NCBI GenBank assembly: GCA_036491515.1
Contig: DASXBV010000263.1
Coordinates: 1 to 38,057 of the forward strand
Source: Chthoniobacterales bacterium
Lineage (GTDB): Bacteria > Verrucomicrobiota > Verrucomicrobiia > Chthoniobacterales > JAFAMB01
Length of the DNA: 38,057 bases
Reading direction: 5' to 3'
Part shown: positions 16,812 to 25,247 of the stretch, in pieces
Layout: each line of letters begins with the position of its first letter
Position numbering within the stretch: the first letter of the stretch is position 1
Notes under the pieces: generated by a model
Databases searched by the model: none
What the model was told of the DNA's origin: nothing
What the model saw: the letters and a program-made list of their open reading frames with translations, nothing else
Program-made: the position numbers and the translations under genes

Positions 16812-18595
16812 GTTTGCCTTCATCATCGGAGCCCATGTACCGCACCCATCATTGCAACGAACTCAGGGCCTCTAACATCGGTCATAAAGTGAAACTTGCC
16901 GGCTGGGTTGATTCCAGGCGCGATCATGGCGGTGTTATTTTTATCGACCTCCGAGATCGAGAGGGACTTACGCAGGTGGTTTTTCGGCCCGAAGAATTTC
17001 CGGAGGTAGCTGCATCGGCGCACACGCTGCGAAGTGAAGATGTCGTACAGATCGTTGGAAAGGTGACACCCAGGCTCGAAGGAACTCAGAATCCGAAACT
17101 CGCCACGGGCGAAATTGAAGTTGTTGCCTCGGCTTTAAACATCCTGAATCGATCCGAAGCTTTGCCGTTTCCTCTTGATGCAGAGGTCGGCAACGAAGAT
17201 CTGAGGCTTACCCACCGGTACCTCGACCTGCGTAGGCTCGCGCTTGTCCGAAACCTGAAAGCTCGCCACCTGGCGGCCAACGCCACCCGAGAATATCTGA
17301 GCCGGCAAGGGTATCTCGAGGTCGAGACACCGATTCTTACCAAGAGCACACCGGAGGGAGCCAGGGAGTTCCTGGTACCGAGCCGATTGATCCCCAACCA
17401 TTATTATGCTCTTTCACAGTCGCCCCAACAATATAAGCAACTGCTAATGGTTGGCGGAATTGAGCGGTATTTTCAGCTCGCAAAATGTTTCCGGGACGAA
17501 GATCCGCGAGCAGATCGAATCACCGAACTGACGCAGATCGACCTCGAAGCCTCGTTCATTGAGCAAGAGGATATCTTTCAGCTTATCGAAGGACTTTTGC
17601 GGGAGGTATTCCGCGCGGCGCGCGGCGTCGATATTCAAACGCCGTTCGTGCGCCTGAGCTATTTCGATGCGATGGACCGATTTGGCAGCGACAAACCGGA
17701 CCTTCGCTTTGCGATGGAGCTTGTGGAATTAGGCGACGTATTTCGCGGTACCCAGTTTAAGGTTTTCCGCGGCGCGCTGGACGCCGGAGGCGTTGTCAAA
17801 GGAATCAATGCAAAAGGCTTCGCCAAGATTTCCACCGGCCAGATCGAAGATCTTACGAATCTCGCAAAACAATCGGGAGCAAGGGGGCTAGCGTTCATTA
17901 AAATCGAGAATGGCGAGTGGAAATCGCCGATCGTGAAATTCTTTACCGAGTCGGAAAAATCAGCGCTCACCCAAGCGCTGGGTATCGAGGAAGGCGACCT
18001 GGTTCTCTTCGGTGCGGACCGTTGGGAGGTTGTCTGTGCAACTCTCGGCCGGATAAGATTAAAAGTCGCGGATTACTTGAAGCTGATTCGCGATCCAACC
18101 GAGTTGAAATTTCTCTGGGTGTTGGATTTCCCATTGCTGGCGTTTGATCCGGCCGAGAACAAGTGGAGCGCCATGCACCACCCGTTCACGCGCCCAAAGA
18201 GGGAGGACCTCGGATTCCTGGATGCCGGCGAATACGGAAAAGTGCGAGCTGAAGCGTACGATGTGGTGCTCAACGGCGTCGAGATCGGTGGCGGTAGCAT
18301 CCGAATACACGAACAAGATCTGCAGGCCAAAATGTTTCAGGTGCTCGGCATTACTGCTGAACAACAGCAAAAACTGTTCGGCCACCTGCTGCGAGCGTTT
18401 ACCTTCGGTGCCCCACCCCACGGCGGAATCGCGCTAGGGCTCGATCGTTTGGTGATGCTCGTCACGGATACATCCAATATTAGGGATGTAATCGCGTTTC
18501 CCAAAAACAGTCGTGGACAGGACCTGATGATGGACTCACCCAGTGAGGTCTCGGAAAAGCAACTCAGGGAGTTACATCTCCAGAACCGTAAATAA
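16808..18595 (+). CDS. aspS: aspartate--tRNA ligase (bacterial type, with GAD insertion)
   Basis: The sequence shows YRTHHCNELR, FIDLRDREG, the class II motifs FRDEDPRADR and GGGSIRIH, and GLDRLVML. The GTG start overlaps the hisS stop by 4 nt (GTGA). Confidence 0.95.
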   Translation: MSLPSSSEPMYRTHHCNELRASNIGHKVKLAGWVDSRRDHGGVIFIDLRDREGLTQVVFRPEEFPEVAASAHTLRSEDVVQIVGKVTPRLEGTQNPKLATGEIEVVASALNILNRSEALPFPLDAEVGNEDLRLTHRYLDLRRLALVRNLKARHLAANATREYLSRQGYLEVETPILTKSTPEGAREFLVPSRLIPNHYYALSQSPQQYKQLLMVGGIERYFQLAKCFRDEDPRADRITELTQIDLEASFIEQEDIFQLIEGLLREVFRAARGVDIQTPFVRLSYFDAMDRFGSDKPDLRFAMELVELGDVFRGTQFKVFRGALDAGGVVKGINAKGFAKISTGQIEDLTNLAKQSGARGLAFIKIENGEWKSPIVKFFTESEKSALTQALGIEEGDLVLFGADRWEVVCATLGRIRLKVADYLKLIRDPTELKFLWVLDFPLLAFDPAENKWSAMHHPFTRPKREDLGFLDAGEYGKVRAEAYDVVLNGVEIGGGSIRIHEQDLQAKMFQVLGITAEQQQKLFGHLLRAFTFGAPPHGGIALGLDRLVMLVTDTSNIRDVIAFPKNSRGQDLMMDSPSEVSEKQLRELHLQNRK

Positions 18596-18631
18596 CGAAC
18601 GGCTCTGCCGGACCGACGTCAAGATAGGGAA

Positions 18632-18688
18632 GGGTACAGGGTCTGCGCCCGAAGCCGAAGGGGCGCAGGCCTTGTGCCCTTGTGTTTA
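18632..18688 (+). terminator. candidate intrinsic terminator of aspS
   Basis: gggtacagggtctgcgccc (18632-18650) pairs with gggcgcaggccttgtgccc (18661-18679). The stem is 19 bp if three G-U pairs are allowed, and the loop is 10 nt. It is followed by ttgtgttt. Confidence 0.55.
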
Positions 18689-18705
18689 CGCGCATATGCC
18701 ACGCC

Positions 18706-18730
18706 GAACGCGCGGGAACGCATCCCAACC
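18706..18730 (-). repeat. degenerate REP-like element (GGTTGGGATGCGT-TCCC-GCGCGTTC)
   Basis: The plus strand gaacgcgcgggaacgcatcccaacc resembles 33710-33735 (ggatcgcgcgggagcgcgtctctacc). It directly abuts the 5-FCL stop at 18731-18733. Confidence 0.6.
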
Positions 18731-19279
18731 TTACGCATAAACGAGAGCATCAACCTTTACGTCGTGACATTCGACCGGAATCTCCGAGAGGACCTGAAAA
18801 GCAAAGCACACACCGATTTTGACCGTGCGCTCGGGAATGGTGGAAAGAAACCGGTCGTAAAACCCCGCGCCCCGACCGAGGCGGTACCCATTGGCTGTAA
18901 AGGCCAACCCAGGAATAACAATGAGGTCTAAGTATTCCGGACCCGCGGTTCCGACAGGTTCACGTATACCAGATATCCCAGGACAAAGGTCCGAGAGCTT
19001 AGAGACCGTGAGAAATAGCAGGGCTTTACCTTCACAGCGCGGGTAGGAGACTAGATGATGTTCGAGCAAACCGAGTTCCCACAAAAGATCCAGAGCCGGT
19101 TCAGTTTCTCCCGGCGCGAACAGGGCTATACTGTTTTTGCCGTGAAAAAATGTTCTAAGGCTCTCGCAAATCTGGATAGATCGCTCGTGTCGCTCGTCTC
19201 GACCCAATCCGCGCAGGCGCTCCCGCATAGTTTCGCGCAAAACAGATTTTTCGGAGAAATGCAATCCGGGATTTGCCAT
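18731..19279 (-). CDS. 5-formyltetrahydrofolate cyclo-ligase
   Basis: The sequence shows KSVLRETMRERL, ALFAPGETEPALD, GIREP, DLIVIPGLAFTANGYRLGRGAGFYDRFL. The track ORF runs to 19330. I prefer the ATG at 19279 (MANPGL), but 19312 and 19330 remain possible. Confidence 0.8.
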   Translation of the reverse strand: MANPGLHFSEKSVLRETMRERLRGLGRDERHERSIQICESLRTFFHGKNSIALFAPGETEPALDLLWELGLLEHHLVSYPRCEGKALLFLTVSKLSDLCPGISGIREPVGTAGPEYLDLIVIPGLAFTANGYRLGRGAGFYDRFLSTIPERTVKIGVCFAFQVLSEIPVECHDVKVDALVYA

Positions 19280-19310
19280 AGTAGAAAAATTCAACAATGA
19301 CTTGGAGGTC

Positions 19311-20213
19311 ATGCCGAAAATAGCCGCCAATCAGGGGCATCGTGTCAGCCTAAGGCCTGGCAAGGGGTGGCTACGGCGAAATTTTATTACGCAAGTCTAT
19401 TTGCCCTCTCTCTTTACGCGCCGGAAAGGGGCCGCGCATCGGCCCAAATTCCCCGAGCTCGGACCGGAAGAGCTCTGCTTGACTTGGATCGGGCATGCCT
19501 CGTTTCTAATTGGCTGGCGCGGATTAAACATTCTGGTCGATCCTATCTGGTCGCTCTGGTTGAAAGTTATCAAGCGTATTCGGCGCCCAGGATTCTCTTT
19601 GCACCACCTGCCGGCCATTGATTTGGTACTCGTGACGCATGCCCATTTTGATCATCTTGATAGGCGTACTCTGCGGAAAATTGCTGCGTTCCAGCCGATC
19701 ATCGTGCCAAACGGCGTCGGAAATTTGGTGCACGATCTAGGATTTAATCGGGTCCACGAATTGAGTCCGTGGGAAACGCTGCACGTGGGAGACGTCGGGA
19801 TCACCCTGACCCCGTGTCATCATTGGGGAGCCCGGGTTCTGCACGATTCCCATCGGGGTTTCGGCGGATTTCATTTGAAGCTGGGCACAAGAACGATTTT
19901 TCACTGCGGAGATAGCGCTTATTTTTCTGGATTCTCCGAGATCGGTGAGCGTTTGCCGACAGAGATCGCCTTGTTACCGATTGGAGCCTACGATTCGCTG
20001 ACCCGACGCAAAGTGCACATGAATCCTGAGGAAGCCATCCAGGCTTTTACAGAGCTGAATGCAGAGATCATGGTCCCGATGCACTACGGATCGTTTCGAT
20101 TGACCTTCGAACCTCTTGAGGAGCCCCTCAAGCGTTTACGGGCGGGGATCAAGCGTCGCCGGATGGAAGAAAAAGTCGTTGTCATGGAGGAGGGTATTCC
20201 GAGCGTCTTCTAA
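19311..20213 (+). CDS. MBL-fold metallo-hydrolase (Lactamase_B_3 / NAPE-PLD-like)
   Basis: The sequence shows LTWIGHASFLI, ILVDPIW, an intact LVTHAHFDHLD motif, HCGDSAY and VPMHYGSF. The ATG at 19311 is preceded by GGAGG. The track starts at a TTG at 19302. Confidence 0.8.
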   Translation: MPKIAANQGHRVSLRPGKGWLRRNFITQVYLPSLFTRRKGAAHRPKFPELGPEELCLTWIGHASFLIGWRGLNILVDPIWSLWLKVIKRIRRPGFSLHHLPAIDLVLVTHAHFDHLDRRTLRKIAAFQPIIVPNGVGNLVHDLGFNRVHELSPWETLHVGDVGITLTPCHHWGARVLHDSHRGFGGFHLKLGTRTIFHCGDSAYFSGFSEIGERLPTEIALLPIGAYDSLTRRKVHMNPEEAIQAFTELNAEIMVPMHYGSFRLTFEPLEEPLKRLRAGIKRRRMEEKVVVMEEGIPSVF

Positions 20214-20214
20214 T

Positions 20215-20356
20215 CATCCTCGTGCTCGTGCTCGTCCTCGTCCTCGACGTTTTTTAGGCGGGCTGGAGCGGTATCAGCCGGTTGGCTCCATCGATTACGG
20301 GCTTTTTTAATCCCAAAGCTGCTCTCACCGCCCGATCAAATCGAGGACGAGGACGA
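20215..20356. repeat. second GTCCTC/GAGGAC hexamer inverted repeat
   Basis: The left arm is catcctcgtgctcgtgctcgtcctcgtcctcga (20215-20247). The right arm is tcgaggacgaggacga (20341-20356). They are separated by 93 nt. The element starts 2 nt after the MBL gene stop. Confidence 0.8.
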
Positions 20357-20398
20357 TTTGAAGCCGGGGCGAGCGTGAGGGAATCCTTGCGCGGCGCG

Positions 20399-20430
20399 CT
20401 AGGGACGCAAAGGCTGGAGCCTTCGCTTAC
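20399..20430 (+). repeat. composite repeat CTAGGGAC-GCAAAGGCTGGAGCC-TTCGCTTAC
   Basis: It shares GCAAAGGCYGGAGCCTTCGCTTAC with 35062-35085 and, inverted, with 34995-35030 and 21682-21695. It ends 2 nt from the oxidoreductase stop at 20433-20435. Confidence 0.8.
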
Positions 20431-20432
20431 AA

Positions 20433-21626
20433 TTATCTTCTTGCTCGGCTTAAAACGCTCGATTTCACTTCTTCAAGAACATCTTCAAGATCTTCAGAAT
20501 TACGATTACAGAGAACTGCAGCGACTAACGTTTCTCCCCGCCGATAGCGTGCAATGAAATCTCGTTTGTCTCTGGAGCCTTCAATATCTGCGAGCAGATG
20601 CGGCACGCTAAAGTCGCCGACAAAATTGAACTGCATCCCAAGGACCTGGCTCGAGCAGGACGGGACGATCTCAAACTTCTGGCGTTTTCGCCCTGTCATA
20701 TTCGCCCCGGCGGTGAGACCTTGCAGCCGCGCCATTCCGACGTTCGTGATGCGCTTTGCACCGCCATAAATCCGATCCGGGAAGAGCGCGATATCTCCCA
20801 CCGCATAGATCCCCTTTTCGTCTGTTTCCAGGTACTCGTTCACCGGGCATCCGCTCGGGCTGCTGAGCGGAGTATTCGTGACGAGCTGCAGGTTAGGTTC
20901 CGTCCCAATCGCGACGACGGCGAGCCCGGCGGGGAATCGTAGCCCGCTCTTAGTCTGGATATTCTTGATGACTGTTTTTCCTTCGAATCCGTTCAGGTTC
21001 TCGTTAAGGAGCAATTGCACACCGGCTTCTTGATATAAATCGGTCAACCACTCCCCGGTCCCGACATCGAGGAGTTCCTGCCAGATGACCTTGTCTCGAC
21101 TCAGCAGGCTTAGCTTTGCACCGGAGTTCAGCAGGGACGAGGCTACTTCGGCACCAAGGAACCCGGATCCAACAATGACCACATGCTTTTCGCTTAATAG
21201 AATTTCCCGGATTGCCAAGGCGTCCCGGTAACCTCGGAGGTAAACCACGTTTCCAAGGTTCGCGCCCGCGACTTGAGGACGGCGGGCACGGCTTCCAGTT
21301 GCGAGACAAGCCTTGCGAAATTCAATAGTTTGCCCGTTCTCAAGGACCGCCAAGTGCCGTTCGATATTGAATTCACGGACATAAGTCCCGAGACGTAACT
21401 CAATGCACCTTTTATTATACCATTCATCGTTCTTTTCGACCAACCTGTCGAAATGGACGCCGTGATTCCTGAGAACGGTCTTGGAAAGCGGAGGGCGTTG
21501 ATACGGGAGAAAGGGCTCATTACTGACGAGCGTCACAGAGCCTTTGGGGTCAAACTGACGCAGTGAGTCACAGACGCTGGCGGCGCCTACACCGCCACCG
21601 ACGATCAGATAATCACGTTGGATCAT
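20433..21626 (-). CDS. FAD/NAD(P)-dependent pyridine nucleotide-disulfide family oxidoreductase (ferredoxin-reductase/AIF-like)
   Basis: The sequence shows DYLIVGGGVGAAS (FAD GxGxxG), YQRPPLSK, VVIVGSGFLGAEVAS (NAD GxGxxG), AVGDIA and a Reductase_C-like tail. The track ORF extends to 21740 through the hairpin repeat. The ATG at 21626 (MIQRDYLIVGGG) or at 21653 is more plausible. Confidence 0.8.
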   Translation of the reverse strand: MIQRDYLIVGGGVGAASVCDSLRQFDPKGSVTLVSNEPFLPYQRPPLSKTVLRNHGVHFDRLVEKNDEWYNKRCIELRLGTYVREFNIERHLAVLENGQTIEFRKACLATGSRARRPQVAGANLGNVVYLRGYRDALAIREILLSEKHVVIVGSGFLGAEVASSLLNSGAKLSLLSRDKVIWQELLDVGTGEWLTDLYQEAGVQLLLNENLNGFEGKTVIKNIQTKSGLRFPAGLAVVAIGTEPNLQLVTNTPLSSPSGCPVNEYLETDEKGIYAVGDIALFPDRIYGGAKRITNVGMARLQGLTAGANMTGRKRQKFEIVPSCSSQVLGMQFNFVGDFSVPHLLADIEGSRDKRDFIARYRRGETLVAAVLCNRNSEDLEDVLEEVKSSVLSRARR

Positions 21627-21685
21627 GCTTAAATCGCCACTATACGGAGGCATCGTCACTTTCTCGATGAAAATTCTCGCAGTAA

Positions 21686-21728
21686 GGCTCCAGCCGTTGG
21701 CCGTCCCTACCAGCCAACGGCTGGAGCC
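21686..21728. repeat. perfect 16-bp hairpin with a GTCCCTACC loop
   Basis: ggctccagccgttggc (21686-21701) is the exact reverse complement of gccaacggctggagcc (21713-21728). The loop cgtccctacca carries the CCCTACC/GGTAGGG core. It lies between the FadB-like stop and the oxidoreductase start. Confidence 0.9.
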
Positions 21729-21739
21729 TTTGTTTCGCA

Positions 21740-23740
21740 CTAGCCCGGAAGAGCAAATCGGTCGCCGAACTTTCGCTCCAGATCAGCTCGCACCCGATCG
21801 AACGCCTTGCGTCCAATGAAATCTATGTAGGACATTACCCCTCCGCGATGGGCTGGATAGTTCCATCCGAGCACCGATGCAAGGTCAGCCATGTCGGCGT
21901 CCTCGATGATACCCTCCCGCGTTGCGTGCAGCGCTTCGAGCGTCTGAATCACAAAGAGCCGCCATTCGATTTCCTGCGCGGCGGGTTGTTCGGGCGCTGG
22001 CGCAAATAAGCGAGCAAGCTCAGGCGAATCAATGCGTTCCTGGCCGGAGTTGTAATCATAAATACCGGCCCTGGATTTTCTGCCCAGACGCGATCGACTC
22101 GTTAGTTCTTGCAGAACCATTACAGCTTCAGGCGCGTATCTCGCCGCGCCCCTGCCGTGTCCGGCTAAACTCTTAAATATATCCATCAAGAGGTCCAGGG
22201 AGATCAAATCAGCGACTGTGAGAGGCCCCAGGATCATACCGGCGTTCTGGGCAACGTTGTCTATCAACCAGGGAGAAACACCTTCGCGAAGCATCAGAAG
22301 CGCCTCTTGCAGGTAAGCCGCAACCACTCTGCTCGTGAAAAATCCGGGACCGTCGCGGACAATCACGGGCGTCTTCTCCAGTGTCTTCGCCAGCAAGAGC
22401 GCACGGTTTATTGCTTCGGACTCCGTTTTTTCTCCAACGACTATCTCAAGAAGCTCCATTCGATCGACGGGCGCAAAAAAATGTGTGCCGAGAAAACGTG
22501 CGGGGTAGCTGCAGGCCGAGGCAAGGTCCGAAATAGGGAGAGTCGTCGTGTTCGACGCAAGGATCGCTTGCGGATCGGCGAGCGCATCGATAGCCGCGAG
22601 CATTTCCTTCTTCAAAGCCTCACGTTCGAAAATCGCTTCGATAATAAAATCGCAGCATGCGAGCGCGCCAATCTCGAGCGATCGGTGAACCCGACTCTGC
22701 ACGTCGGCCGGTGCCCCATTTTTCAGCATATCCGAATTGGCATCTTGCTGCGCAATCTTCTGCATGCGATGAAGAGAACCGTCGAGAGCTGACTGCGAAT
22801 TATCCACGAGAACTACCTGACAGCCGGCGCGAGCCGCCGTGTAGGCGATCCCGGTGCCCATCAATCCTGCTCCCAGCACTCCGAGGCATTTGATCGAAAT
22901 CGGTTGATCGACGATTCTGCCAATCGCCTTTTGCATTGCGACATGGAGAGTATTCACCCGGTTCAGTGTTGATCTTGAACGGCGAACCAACGACCACTGT
23001 TCCGCTTCAAGGCGAATTCCGGCGTCAATTGAGCGTTCAAGTCCATCCTGGAGACATCTAAGAATGGCCGTGGGAGCCGCGTCCTCCGGAGTGACCAGCC
23101 GCCGCAGCCTGAGATAACTCGTCTCTAGGATCAGCCGATTCGACGCGCTCTGAGAGTAAGCCGGCGACAGCTCCTGAGGAACCTGATCCCAAGGCTGTTT
23201 TGGCTCTGGATGTACGTTTATCCACTCGAGAGCCGCGTCGCGCAAACTATGATGTCTCAACTCGATCAATCCCGCCGCAGCGAGCTCCGCCGCAGACACT
23301 CTCTCGCCATGTAAGAACATTCGTGCCGCCAATTCGATGCCACAGAGCCGAGGCAACCGTTGGGTGCCTCCAATGATCGGCATCAGACCATACTTTAGCC
23401 AAGGAAAGCCGATTCTGATGGTTGGACTGCTTGCGAATCGGGCATGGCACGCCAATGCAATCTCGAGCTGAATCCCGCCGAGCGATTCGGGGATGAGCGC
23501 AACGATCGGCTTAGTTCCCTGCTCCATCTGCCGGAGCAGGACACGCAGACGACGGATGAGCGGATCTCCCGCAAGAATCTGATCGACCTCCATCCTTTCG
23601 CTATCGGGCCGACTATGAAATTCGATCAATAAAACGTTCGTCTTGGGATTGGCTAACGCGGCCTCAATACCGTCAGCAAGTTGCGCGTCCAACGGTCGCT
23701 CGCAGATGATGCGACGGACGCTTTCCGGATTCATAAGCAT
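21740..23740 (-). CDS. FadB-like fusion of a 3-hydroxyacyl-CoA dehydrogenase and a crotonase-fold domain
   Basis: The N-terminal crotonase fold reads KPIVALIPESLGGIQLEIALACHARF..GLMPIIGGTQRLPRLCG. The Rossmann segment is LGVLGAGLMGTGIAYTAARAG. Dehydrogenase motifs ASNTTTLPIS, GTHFFAPVDRMELLEIV and GPGFFTSRV are present. Confidence 0.85.
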   Translation of the reverse strand: MLMNPESVRRIICERPLDAQLADGIEAALANPKTNVLLIEFHSRPDSERMEVDQILAGDPLIRRLRVLLRQMEQGTKPIVALIPESLGGIQLEIALACHARFASSPTIRIGFPWLKYGLMPIIGGTQRLPRLCGIELAARMFLHGERVSAAELAAAGLIELRHHSLRDAALEWINVHPEPKQPWDQVPQELSPAYSQSASNRLILETSYLRLRRLVTPEDAAPTAILRCLQDGLERSIDAGIRLEAEQWSLVRRSRSTLNRVNTLHVAMQKAIGRIVDQPISIKCLGVLGAGLMGTGIAYTAARAGCQVVLVDNSQSALDGSLHRMQKIAQQDANSDMLKNGAPADVQSRVHRSLEIGALACCDFIIEAIFEREALKKEMLAAIDALADPQAILASNTTTLPISDLASACSYPARFLGTHFFAPVDRMELLEIVVGEKTESEAINRALLLAKTLEKTPVIVRDGPGFFTSRVVAAYLQEALLMLREGVSPWLIDNVAQNAGMILGPLTVADLISLDLLMDIFKSLAGHGRGAARYAPEAVMVLQELTSRSRLGRKSRAGIYDYNSGQERIDSPELARLFAPAPEQPAAQEIEWRLFVIQTLEALHATREGIIEDADMADLASVLGWNYPAHRGGVMSYIDFIGRKAFDRVRADLERKFGDRFALPG

Positions 23741-24942
23741 TTAACAACCGTTGCAACCCCCATGCCTAAGCCAGTGCACATTGTTACGACGCCGTGCTCA
23801 ACGTGTCGTCTGCACATTTCATCCACCAAGGTTCCGATCAGCATCGCGCCGGTCGCGCCGACCGGGTGCCCCATTGCGATCGCACCGCCGGCGACATTTA
23901 TTCGTTCAAATGGCACGTTTGTTTTTTCCATAAAGTACAAGACGACCGAGGCGAATGCCTCGTTAACCTCAAAAAGGTCAATATCGGCCATGGCCAGTCC
24001 GGCTCGATCAAGAGCTTTGCGGGCAGCCGCCGCCGGAGCTGTCAGCATGATGCAAGGATCGTCGCCCGCGCTTGCGGTAGACACGATTTTAGCTTTGGGC
24101 TTGAGCCCCAGCTGTTCACTGATTCGTCGATTCCCCATCAAGACCACCGCCGCGCCGTCAGCTATCCCGGAAGAGTTTCCAGCATGATGAACGTGACGAA
24201 TTCTTGAAACTTGCGGATAACGAAGTCGGATGTACTGGCTGTAATCTTTCCCGATCCGTTCGAAAGCCGGTGATAGTTTCGCCAAGCCTTCAGTCGTTAC
24301 ATTCTCGCGCACCAGCTCGTCGCCGGCGAGTATCGGGTCTTTGCCGCCATTCCTGACTGGTATGACCGAGTTGTTGAACCACCCCTTGGCCCACGCCGCA
24401 TTTGCGCGTTGTTGCGAAGACGCACCCAGTGCGTCAACATCGCTCCGGCTGTATCCGCGCAAAGTGGCTATAAGATCCGCTGAAATCCCTTGGGGAATCT
24501 GTGCGACAGCATCTTTGAATGATACATCAGAGCTCATCGGGCCTCCCGAACCGAAAATTGAAACTAACGAAAGCATTTCGACTCCGCCCGCGATAACGAC
24601 ATCAGCCTGTCCCGCTATAAGCTTCGCGGCCGCGGTATTGACGGCGTCCAGGCCGGATCCGCAGAATCTTGACACCATGAACCCCGGTGTCGTCACTCGG
24701 TAACCGGCTTGCAGCGCGCTCGACCTGGCAAGGTCGCCCCCTTGATCATTAAATTGCTCACAGCATCCTAGAATGATTTCGTCCGTGGCTTGATCTATCC
24801 GTGGATACCGGCGGCTAAGTTCCTTTAGAAGACCACTTACCAGACTAAGGGGGGTCTGTGTATGGAGCTTGCCGGTTGGCTTGCCGCGGCCGCGTGGCGT
24901 CCTGATGGCGTCGTAAATAAAAGCTTCGGCAAAGGAGTGCAT
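23731..24942 (-). CDS. acetyl-CoA C-acyltransferase (thiolase)
   Basis: The sequence shows VSRFCGSGLDAV (active-site Cys), GNSSGIADGAA, NEAFA and MCTGLGMGVATVV. Its stop overlaps the FadB-like start by 10 nt. Confidence 0.93.
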   Translation of the reverse strand: MHSFAEAFIYDAIRTPRGRGKPTGKLHTQTPLSLVSGLLKELSRRYPRIDQATDEIILGCCEQFNDQGGDLARSSALQAGYRVTTPGFMVSRFCGSGLDAVNTAAAKLIAGQADVVIAGGVEMLSLVSIFGSGGPMSSDVSFKDAVAQIPQGISADLIATLRGYSRSDVDALGASSQQRANAAWAKGWFNNSVIPVRNGGKDPILAGDELVRENVTTEGLAKLSPAFERIGKDYSQYIRLRYPQVSRIRHVHHAGNSSGIADGAAVVLMGNRRISEQLGLKPKAKIVSTASAGDDPCIMLTAPAAAARKALDRAGLAMADIDLFEVNEAFASVVLYFMEKTNVPFERINVAGGAIAMGHPVGATGAMLIGTLVDEMCRRHVEHGVVTMCTGLGMGVATVVKCL

Positions 24943-25007
24943 AATTGAAAAGACGACAGAAAGCCCCTGTAAATTACCTTGTTTCGCGGAATTTCGCGAG
25001 CTGGTCG

Positions 25008-25133
25008 CCGTTCAGCGTTCAGCGTTGAGCGTTCAACGTTGAGCGTTCAACGTTCAACGTTCAGCGTTCAACGTTCAGCGTTCGACGTTCAGCGTTCGCC
25101 GTTCAGCGTTCAGCGTTCAACGTTCACCGTTCG
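25008..25133 (+). repeat. tandem heptanucleotide array, 18 x NCGTTSR
   Basis: I counted 18 consecutive 7-nt units by hand: ccgttca, gcgttca, gcgttga, gcgttca, acgttga, gcgttca, acgttca x2, gcgttca, acgttca, gcgttcg, acgttca, gcgttcg, ccgttca, gcgttca x2, acgttca, ccgttcg. Confidence 0.95.
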
Positions 25134-25189
25134 CCTCTCACTTTCTCGCTTCTCGCCTCTCCCCTATCCCCTCTCACTTCTCACTTCTC
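25134..25189 (+). repeat. 8 pyrimidine-rich heptads (NCYTCTC type), in phase with the preceding array
   Basis: The units are cctctca, ctttctc, gcttctc, gcctctc, ccctatc, ccctctc and acttctc x2. This is a nearly pure pyrimidine strand ending 58 nt upstream of the next ATG. Confidence 0.9.
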
Positions 25190-25247
25190 ACCACCTCGCG
25201 CCGTCCGTTGCGCCGGGCGGATTTTTCCGTATCTGTTTTGAGATCGA

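Noticed and set aside
21627-21740. N-terminal extension of the oxidoreductase ORF (MRNKGSSRWLVGTANGWSLTARIF…)
   Set aside because: The extension is a translation of the 16-bp perfect hairpin repeat. The FAD-binding GxGxxG begins right after the internal ATG at 21626.
25008-25189. Possible CRISPR array (also considered for 6342-6556 and 15409-15459)
   Set aside because: The units are 7 or 17 nt and directly abut each other with no unique spacers. No cas genes are present. This is not a CRISPR.
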